From NCBI GenBank assembly GCA_051942245.1, contig JAVECL010000218.1, forward strand, positions 1 to 35,089: a stretch of 35,089 nt of DNA, given 5' to 3'. Below the pieces are notes generated by a model. It saw nothing but the letters and a program-made list of their open reading frames with translations. It was not told the DNA's origin and did not search any database. The position numbers were made by a program, and so were the translations under genes. Positions 9,101-18,212 of this stretch are shown piece after piece. Source of the stretch: Trypethelium eluteriae. Its lineage: Eukaryota. Position 1 is the first letter of the stretch; each line of letters starts with the position of its first letter.

Positions 9101-11713
9101 GCACCCGAACCTGTCCGTGAAGTAATCGCTCCGGAAGCTCCTCCCATTGAAGTAATAGCGTCAGAGCCTCTTGTCGAGGAATCTTCTGCTGCGGTACCAG
9201 ATGTCAAATCAGCTCCTGTTGAGGAAACTCCGGCGTCAACTCAAAGAGCTTCAGCTGAGGTATCTGCTGTCGATCCTATTGCCGAGACCGCCCCTAGAAA
9301 GCTACAGGTCGAGGATCCTCCCGTGATCGTACCTCCAGCTGAAATCCCCATCTCCGAGATGCCTCCTCAGGAACCTACTTTGGATCCTGCTCCTGTGGCC
9401 GAGCAGCAGGCTGAGATGCGTCCCGTCGAGGTGCCTGCACCAGAGTCGGAACCGACAACTACAAATGCTCCTCCTGAGGAAGCTCCAGCAGAGCCAGTTC
9501 AACAGCCGCCCCCACCTGAGCCTACCATTATCGAAGCAGGTCCAGTCCTGATAAGAATCTCGACAGCTCCGATTAATCCAACGCCTTCTCGACAACCAAC
9601 ACTTCCTGAAGTCGCCCCTGCAGACGTGTTTGAATCTGTTGCCGAGCCTCCGGCTCCTGTTGTTGCGGCTGAGCCACCCCCGGTGGAGGTCCCAGTGATT
9701 GAGGAACGACCAGAGGTCAAGCAGCCCTTGCCTGTCCTCGAGCCTCCAAAAGCCGAGGAGCCGCCCAAGATCGAAGAGCCTCCCAGGATTGAAGAAACTT
9801 CCCCAATTGTTGAGCCTCCAAGGATCGAAGAAGCGCCTAAGATCGAGGAGCCTCCACCAACGGTTCAACCTCCACCAATTGCTGAAGCTCCGAAAGCTAC
9901 TGAGCCGCCACAGATTGAAGAGCCTCCACCAATCATTGAGGTTGCGAAGGTCGAGGAAATTCCGCCAGTCACTGAACCTCCTGAGGTTGAGGAAACTCCG
10001 CCGATTGTCGACCCTCCAAAGGTTGAAGAGCCGCCTAAGATTGAACCACCGAGGATGGAGGAGCCTCCACCTGGGGTGGAACCTCCAAAGATCGAAGAGC
10101 CTCCATCAGTCATCGAACCTCCAAGGGTTGCAGAACCTCCGCCAGTGGTTCAACCCCCGATCGTTGAAGAGCCGCGCAGGATTGATAAACTGAACATCGA
10201 GGAGCTTTCGCCCGTTATTGAACTTTCCAAGACTGAGGAGCCGCCTAGGACTGAAACGCCGAAGATAGTGGAGCCTCCGCCGGTTGTTGAACCTGCAAAG
10301 GTCGAGGAGCCTTCGCCCGTTGTTAAGTCTCTGCCGATCGAGGAGCCGCCCAACATCGAGCCACCGGAAATTAAGGAGCCACGACTGATAGTACAACCTC
10401 CGAAGGTTGAGGAACCTCCGCCCGTTATCGAAGTCCCACCGTTAGTCGAGGCTCTAAACACTGTAGAGGCTCCTGCTGTCATCCAGCCTGTACCGGCTAC
10501 CGAGCCTCCCAAGGTCGTCCAGCCTCCACCGTCCATTGAAGCTTCACCAATTGTTGAATCTCTAGTTGCTGTGCCTCCGCCAGTTGTTGAACTTCCGTCA
10601 GTGGCTAAACCTCCAAGAATTGCCCAGGCTCCCCTCGTTACTGAAGCTCCTCCAATTGTCGAGCCTCCGCGAATCATTGAAGCTCCTGTGGAAATCGAGC
10701 CTTCCCCTGTCATTCGGTCTCCATCAGTAGTAGAAGCTTCAAAGGTCGTCGGGATTCCGTCCGTCATTGAGCCACCTAGGACTGTAGACCCCCCAAGGGT
10801 TGTCGAGCCTCCAACGGAAGCAGAACCTCCAAAGGTTGTCGAGGCCCCATCCTTCATTGAGCCACCCAGGCCCATAGACCCTCCAAAGATTATCGAGCCG
10901 TCAAAGGTCACCGTTGAACCCCCACTATTCGTTGAGGCTCCCAAGGTTGAACCTCCTAAGGTCGAGCCTTCAAAAATCGAGCCTCCGAAGGTCGAGTCCC
11001 TCAAATTTGAGCCTTTGAAGGTCCAGTCTCTCTCCACAGAGCCATTAAAGGTTGAGCCTTTGAAGTTAGAGCCATTGAAGGTCGACAAGCTTCCAGTTGA
11101 GCCGCTTAAGGTGGAACCTTTGAAGGTCGAGCCGATGAAGGTAGAGCCGCTTAGGGTGGAGATCAGGGTCGATGTGCCTAAGGCCGAGCCTCCTAAGGTC
11201 GAGCCTCCAAAGGTCGAGCCTCCACAGATCGAGCTGCCAAAAGTTGAACCGCCCAAAATCGAGCCGGCAAAGGCCGAGCCTCCCAAGCCTCTCAGACCGA
11301 TTGACAAGCTGCTCAATTTGTTCAAACATAAGCCCAAGGGTACGTTGTTCAAGAACAGTATTTTGATCACGACCTGAAATAACGTATCGGCAGCTCCAAA
11401 AGCACCCAAGCCACCAAAACAGCCGAAGGCGCCTAAACCTCCAAAGCCTCCAAAGCCCCCAAAGGCCCCAAAGCCTCCCAAGGCTCCCAAGGCGCCGAAG
11501 CCGCCGAAGAAGGTCAAGCCGCCCAAACCACTCAGACCCCCAAAGAAGGTGAAGCCGCCAAAGCCTCCAAAGCCGCCTAAACCGCCTAAGCCACCAAAGC
11601 CGCCCAAAAAGATCAAGCCACCCAAGAAGCCAAAGCCGCCCAAGAAGCCAAAACCACCCAAGAAGCCCAAGCCTCCGAAGAAAGTCAAACCACCCAAGAA
11701 ACCCAAGAAATAG
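6176..11713 (+). CDS. Very large (~1700 aa) Pro/Glu/Val/Lys-rich low-complexity repetitive protein of unknown function; proposed exons 6176-6209, 6343-6612, 6711-11339, 11394-11713
   Basis: 4.7 kb ORF 6629-11377. Intron 11340-11393 (GTACGT..CAG) links it in frame to a (PPK)n exon ending at TAG 11711-11713. Intron 6613-6710 (GTGAGT..TAG) links it in frame to an upstream exon. The first exon is tentative (donor GTACGT 6210, acceptor CAG 6342); ATG 6504 is an alternative start. Confidence 0.75.
8590..9095 (+). repeat. Coding minisatellite, 15-bp unit (GTCGAGCAGCCTCCA-like) encoding VEQPP pentapeptides
   Basis: Near-perfect units at about 8836-8985, more degenerate on both flanks. Confidence 0.9.
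10940..11290 (+). repeat. Coding 15-bp repeat encoding VEPPK/VEPLK pentapeptides
   Basis: Translation reads KVEPPKVEPSKIEPPKVESLKFEPLK...KVEPLKVEPMKVEPLR...KAEPPKVEPPKVEPP. Confidence 0.85.
11394..11710 (+). repeat. Coding 9-bp-periodic repeat encoding a (PPK/APK/KPK)n basic tail
   Basis: The last exon reads APKAPKPPKQPKAPKPPKPPKPPK...KKPKPPKKVKPPKKPKK*. Synonymous positions are heavily varied between units. Confidence 0.85.
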
Positions 11714-12146
11714 ACTTGGGGAGGCCCTGAGACTTGCTTTCTTTCTTTGGCAGAGAATTCACTGTAAGGCTTTGGCTGTGACGAGGGCTGTGATTGGGCT
11801 ACGGACGGCGTGGAGTTCTGGATTGATTACCCTAGAGCAAGATAATGTACTTGTTGGGGCCCCTCGAGCTTGTGGACATAAATTTTTAGCATTAGAAACT
11901 TGGTATCATCTTCTACTTCCTTTTTTAATTAAATTCCGGGTACGAAAGAAAAAGAGAACAGGTCTTTTGACAGTATACAAGAACGAAGCGAATGTGAAAT
12001 CTAGGTGCCAGCCGAAGCAGCAGTAAGACCCTACTCGGGCATTCCAGCGCCCGTCGACTTGTATGATGCTCATTCGAGCCCACCGAATATCGCCGAAATG
12101 CTCTTCATTATCCATCCATATATTAAGACAAAAAGAGTATCTATAC

Positions 12147-13661
12147 TCAGCTCCCATTCTTCTTCCTTGACCGAAGATTTCTTTGGTTCTCCTGCTTTTC
12201 CTCGATCGGCTGACCATTGACCAAGACCTCGGGCGTCTGAGCCTGCTCCACCTCCTCCTCTTCCTCCTCGTCGTCACTTCTCTCATCCTTGCCCACGTTG
12301 GTCGCAACATATCTGTATGCAATTCGCAAGATGAAAGCAAGCCAGAGCAGATTTACGGCCTGCAAACTAGCAAGTAAGGCAAAGGTGATTATCTGTGAGA
12401 TCCAACATTTGTACTGTTGGGTCTCCCAGTTGAGCTCGTACGGGCCGACGGTGGCAAATTCTGTAAGGACGGCCCAAAGAATTCGAAGGTTAAGGTAATG
12501 ACGGAGGTAGATCCAGATGCCAATGAAGGTCCCAAAATAGGGGCCCGTGATCGGCGAGTCGATGTAGTTGAGTACTTTGGATGTCTACCGCGCAAGTATG
12601 CACATCAGCACAATCCCACACCAATAGAAGAAAGTGATGTCTGCTTACCGCAAGAAAGAAATCGCTAATATCATGGGTAATGTACACCGCCAACCCCATG
12701 GTCGTAAAATGAAACCGATAGCTCAGTCCAATCAAGGACAACGTGATGATATGATGCGCAACCAACTCCTTAAAATCCTTCCGCGGCTTCTCCAGCATCA
12801 GACACAGCACAATCGCCTGCTGCGTCCAGTAGCTCGCCTGCAGCAAATAATACGCCTTGAACAACCCAACATGCTCCCGGTGCGGAAACCCCTCGAACAT
12901 CGGCGCAGTCTGAAAATACCAGATCGGGCTCGCGTACCGCATTACGTAGAGCCCGAAGGGCCCGAACACAGCGAAGTAGATGGCGGTGTAGAACTGCTCC
13001 ATGTAGCGGGCTTGCTTCCCTCGTGACCGGATCCCGGCGCGGATGGCAAGGGGTCGGATGAGGCGCTGCATGAGGAATTCGCGCGTGAAGGACAGGAAGA
13101 CGGTGTAGAAGGCGACGAAGCAGAAGTCCTTGCGGCCCTTGCCGTAGAGGGTTTGCGCGGGGCAGCCGGCGCAGGGCACAGCGGTTCGGGAGAGAGGGTA
13201 GGAGAGGAAGAGGAAGGAGTGAAGCGGATTCGAGGGCGTCGGATTGAGGAGGTAGAGTCCGACCATAACGAGGCATATTATCAGAGGGTTGAGCCATGTG
13301 TGGCGTAGGGATATTGTCTTCCATCGTCGAAAGAGGGTTTTGGCTTTCCGTCGCTTCGAGTGTCGTGGTTTGTCTGTGGAACGCTGAGAGATCGCATGTT
13401 AGGTCTTTTCCACGTGCCGTGATCTTGGAGGGATTTTCGTAATGCTGAACCTACCCCTGCCGGTGTGGTGGGAGTCGTTGGGGGGCTCCCTTCTAACAGC
13501 GTCGCCATGGCTGCAGCTCCAGTGTCGCCTCGGGGCTCTCCGCCGAGAGAGTTGGATTTTCGGCGTGGACGTACAGCGCTGCCATTGACGGACTTTGGAG
13601 ACTCTCGCCGCACATACTGCGTGTGCGGTGTTGAGATAGAAGCCATGGATGTTTGAACCAT
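12147..13661 (-). CDS. LAC1: Ceramide synthase (sphingosine N-acyltransferase, TLC/Lag1 family, Lac1-type); exons 13661-13455, 13383-12649, 12584-12147
   Basis: Lag1 motif EKPRKDFKELVAHHIITLSLIGLSY...YITHDISDFFLA|TSKVLNY, plus LNWETQQYKCWISQ and the acidic tail DERSDDEEEE. Two canonical introns (13454-13384 and 12648-12585) preserve the frame. Confidence 0.93.
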
Positions 13662-14798
13662 GCTGAGTACGAGAAATCAAAGTAAAGGAGTGTGGGACGT
13701 TAACTTTCGCAACCTAATTTCCAGCGGAACCAGAACCAGAGTAACAGGAGAACGGCAGAATCTCGGACAGCTACACCGCTCTCGGAGGCCATCGGAGATT
13801 GGAGATGGATGCTCGTTCTCGTTATTGATCATCGGCCACACATACCTCCGGCCTCCGGGGCATCCCCATACTGTAGTGCTTTGAAGTACGGGGTAATTAC
13901 CTAGCATTTCCCCCTGTATGAGATGAAGTTCACACCTCGCAATTAACTAGCCCTCGTTTCCATTATTCATTTGTTGAGCTTGCACTCCTCCTCACACCTG
14001 AAATGAACGTTCTAGAAGATATCTTCATGTAGTGCCAAATCAGTACCTATTGATCTATCAAATCTCGCCCGTTTTCGTGGAAGAACTGTATCATGTTTAC
14101 TGATACGTAACCGAGCCAGTATTCTCCTTGCTTGTCCGGATAACCAGGCATGGTTCGCTCAATCTGGAGTTCATAGACAGGGGAGCCGATGCTTACACCA
14201 ACAGAACACTAAGGCAATAACGTGGTTGCTAAAGAATCCTGGCCAAATTTCCTATCCATCGTCCGTGCTCTACAGTCCAATTTGGGCAAGGAGATTCATG
14301 GCTTTGACTTCACTGCTTTGTGAGTCACTCCGACCGCAACCGCCGCGGCAGTATGTGTAAATCTGTCTGTAGCTTCGCGTCGGCCATGTCGTGGGGCGAT
14401 CGAAAATTCTTTAGAACACAAGAGCTAAGGTGATAAGGCCTTCAATCAAGTGGCAACATGCTTCCACAAAGGAGGAATTACTACAAGTATGCGGCGCTTA
14501 CCAACCCAACAACAACAACGATTCCATGCCATTTCGTGCCACTTCGCCGCTGGCATCCCTAACCACGTCATTCAAACATAGATGCACACTAAGGTGCCGC
14601 AGAGAACGCTGTATTTTTGCCATTCTTATATTGTTCATATTTCCAATCTTCAATCTTGCATCTCTTTTACTCTTGATACCGTCTTTCCTCGTCTGCGCCG
14701 GACGCCAAAGTATATTCAGTACATGCGGTCTTTAATTACTTACCCTGGAGCTTAATTAAGTTTCTTTTCAGTTCGAGCAAATCACCGTCCTAGCAAAC

Positions 14799-15775
14799 AT
14801 GTTCGGCTCTTTCTACCTTCTGCTCCTGATAGTTAATATCGTGGGAGTTGCCCATGCAATTCCTTTATTTAATTTACCTGCGCCTCAAACGAGCAGCACA
14901 ACTCAGCAACCCTTTGGTCCTCGTACAGTACGGGACGCGATGGATAAGATGATACCGAAGAAGCACATCAAGCCGAATAGCCAATACATCTTCCAAGCCA
15001 CCATCCAACTGGACAAGATGGGAACGTGGGAAAAGGATTTCTTTAGAAGTGATCGTCATGAGGAAGACGTTAGCAAGTCGCTTGTGTCCGCGCAGTCACA
15101 ATGGCATGGCAAGAAATACAGTACCGCATTCCTGTGGTGTTCAGCCGACAATGCAGCGTCGCCGGTACAGCAATCAGCCTTTCAAACCTTCTCCTGACCC
15201 TAACTCCCACTAAGATAATTGTTTAGTATAACTACTGCGATATCGACATCCTCGTCGAACGTATCCCGGGAAACCGTAATACAAAGGGTTGGAAGAAGAC
15301 CCAGTTCGCCGATACGACGCCTCTCCCAGACGGCTTCACCATCAACAAGGTTATTGGTCGGACCACTTTCGAGGATGTGGGCTGGATGACAGGGCAGAGC
15401 CGCAAAGATCGCAATAATTATGACAACTTCGGTATGCAGCCGTCCATTCCCCTGCACACCTTGCTCAATTCGCGAATGATTGAAGTTTGGGGAAGTGATG
15501 TACGTCCCTCCATTCCTTATTTCCACGTGTGTTTTTGTTCCCCAATAAGCCAGACCCATAATGATGATGATGTTTTTCATGTCTCAACTAACGATTTCTC
15601 GGCAGTGAGAATGGCCGGCAGAGCCAAGTCGAATTCCCATGACAAGGCAAAAAATCTGTTTGGCGACAGCATCGATTACGATAGCTACAAGTACTTCAAA
15701 GTGCTAGTCAAGTACTTCGAGGCATGGAAGCCGCATGATCCAATGTACACCTACACTCCAGCCAGCCGCTTGTAG
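14799..15775 (+). CDS. Putative secreted protein of unknown function (multi-exon; internal structure uncertain)
   Basis: ATG in context GCAAACATG, followed by a signal-peptide-like MFGSFYLLLLIVNIVGVAHA-IP. Intron 15165-15226 (GTACAG..CTAAC..TAG) joins in frame to YNYCDIDILVERIPG..., which is open to TAG 15773-15775. Further candidate donors sit at 15432 and 15500 and an acceptor at 15605. Confidence 0.6.
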
Positions 15776-16259
15776 ATGAATGGCTTGGCCGAAGTAAACG
15801 GCAATTCTCCAAGCCTTGCAAAGTGGTGAATTCTGGCTTCGGAGGGGTTCCTTTGTGCTGTACATATGTTAGATACCCTTTTATTTAGAGAATGCCTAAA
15901 GTGGCCAGTCCTCCGTAAGGATCTTAGAGTTCTCTACGATATCGGTCCATTTCACCTACTGAGGGGTCTCAGCAGCTCTGATTGGCGCATGAAAATAGCG
16001 AAATGTATGCTTTCTATTGCCTAGCGAGCGCTGTCGCGAGCCTTCTATTCAAGAGCATCGACGTAACCATCCCGGCACACGAAGCCGAAGAAGTTTTGGA
16101 ATAACGCCATTCCACTCCAAATGCAAATGCCGAAATCACTGGTATCATACTGTGTACCGCGCCAAACGCCCCGCCACACACCCAGGCAATCCCTCAGAGT
16201 TCCTCAAACCCCTGCTTCGAGCGAGCATCTCACCTCTGTCCAGTCTCTCCCATTGGTAC

Positions 16260-17493
16260 CTACTCCACATCCATCTCCCCGGCCTGCCCCTCCCCACCTC
16301 TCTTCTCTTCTCTGACAAACGTCACGAACTCATCAATTACACTCGGCCACGCGCCTTCCTCACTGTACCAGTCCATGCTCTCGTCCTGCATCGTCTGTTC
16401 AAAGAACTGATATGTCTGCTCCCACATGTCGCGGTTCACGCTCTTCTTCCAGCGAGCCTCGAGGAAGTCACACCAGTAGTCGAGCCAGGGGGTTGACTCG
16501 GTCCGCCATTCGATGGAAGGCGAGGAGAAGAGGGTGCGCCAGTTGGTGAGCGCGAACTCCAGGGGTACGACTTTCTGCGAGGTGGATTGCCGGGCGATGG
16601 TGAAGGTGTGCTTGTAGATGGCGTGGAAGAGGGGTCGTGAGGTCGGGGTCGTGAGGGATTGTTTGCGGGCGGCGAGGAGGGATTTTTGCTTCGGTATGGT
16701 GTCGGCGCTGGGATTGACGATAAGTGAGTGGCAGATGGTGGCGGGGAGAAAGTGAAGAGGTCACAGGTAAAGGTGTGATGGGTGGAAAGAACGTACTTGG
16801 TGGAGGCCCAGCCGTCGATGAAGTTCTGACGTTTGAGCTCGCCGAGGATCTCGCATTTGAGGAGCTCCGAGGCGATGAGCACGTCGACGCCTTCGAGATC
16901 GACTCCTATGTCTTGGAAGTACTTCATCGTGCCTTCGGGGCCGACCAGATCCGGTTCTGCCTTATTGTCTGCGGAGAGTTTAGTGGGTATGCGGATGGCA
17001 TTAGCGGGTTGGGCTTGAATGTTCAGGACTGACCTCGGTACTTGTCAAAGAGCTTCCCAAGTCCTGCTCTGAGCGGAGCATTTTGAGGTGGCCCTCCATG
17101 TTCTAGATGCCTAGAGTACAAGTCATTTATAGCTCGCAGAAAAGGGAACACTTTGCACAACAGTCTTCGCCTTCGCTTTGCTGGAGCAAGTCCGGGAGAA
17201 GAGCTGGGGAAATTTCCACCGCGTTTACGACGTGGTGCCATAAGGTGTGATAAAAATCGTAGTAAAAATGAACGTACTCGTTGACGGCAACTTCAAGATT
17301 CCAATTATGCGATCTTAGAACCTATGCAGAGTCAGAACGAACGCTGAGAGAAATTCTTCAAAAGTCCTAGAGAGATTCGGAAGGTTCGATTTGAGTAGAG
17401 ACTTACGCGTGCAGCAGTCTTGTTGTCAGCTTGCGTGATGTTCGTAAATTGGGAAATGGCAGCCTTCTGGGTTGCTGTATACGCTGCCGGCAT
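16260..17493 (-). CDS. DCN1: Defective-in-cullin-neddylation protein 1 (UBA-like plus PONY domain); exons 17493-17407, 17321-17278, 17110-17034, 16968-16797, 16707-16260
   Basis: UBA-like N-terminus MPAAYTATQKAAISQFTNITQADNKTAARVLRSHNWNLEVAVNE. PONY features: LFDKYR, MKYFQDIGVDLE, GELKRQNFIDGW, IYKHTF, and C-terminal WYSEEGAWPSVIDEFV. Four canonical introns. Confidence 0.92.
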
Positions 17494-18212
17494 GGTTAAC
17501 GAGGGTCAAGTCGATGCTTCCTGAAGCGGAGAGGACAGATCAAGAAGGGAGTAAGGTCGATTGTTTGAGGATCAACAGAAAAGAGAGGTCAAGCATTTCC
17601 AGCTCCGGTTCATAGTCGAGGATTGACGTATGAGAGTAGCAGGAGTCAGGCTACACTCAAAGTCCCGGACACTCGCACGCCACATCTAGCGCAGGGCTGA
17701 ACCATCATCCCTCACCCCGAATAAGTAACCTCTGATCACATCCATGGCTCAAAAGCCTTCTTCGCTTTAAGAGTTAAGCCCACTAACCTATGCGCCCCCT
17801 CTTAGGGTTAACCTCCTCGTCGGATCCATCGGACGAATCTGGCCTGCCCCTGCGCTTGACCATCTTCTAAGCATGCAATTCTTGTTCGGCTTGTTGGCTA
17901 GGTAATTAGATTCGCAGAAAGTGCACTCCGAGCTAGGATAGTTCAGAATAAATCAACAAATCTCTAAGATGTCTTCAGCTATATATCTAGGCATGAGGGT
18001 GGGCACAGAACTTGTTTGGTGAAGTGCGAAGACACAAAGGATCCACAAAGCCGCTCCGTATGCAATCCGTTGTCACCGTAATACGGCACTCCTTCTCACA
18101 CAACATGTTTATACGCAAAGTGGATGCAAACAATAACTAAAATATGGAAGAGATTAACAGACCATCTGATACCGAAGGATATTTGTACAAATAATGAAAG
18201 TTCCAATCTTGC

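Noticed and set aside
6733..9868. Antisense and alternate-frame ORFs (GGCST, EAARL, LLDRR and SSL repeats)
   Set aside because: These are stop-poor shadows of the 15-bp coding repeat.
10150..11706. 518-aa antisense Gly-rich ORF (GGF/GGS repeats)
   Set aside because: It is the reverse-complement shadow of CCN-rich Pro/Lys/Glu codons in the + strand repeat gene, and there is no independent evidence for it.
17817..17837. Small imperfect hairpin (TCGTCGGAT..ATCGGACGA) near a single TTAGGG
   Set aside because: Short, mismatched and isolated, so expected by chance; it is not a telomeric array or an ncRNA.
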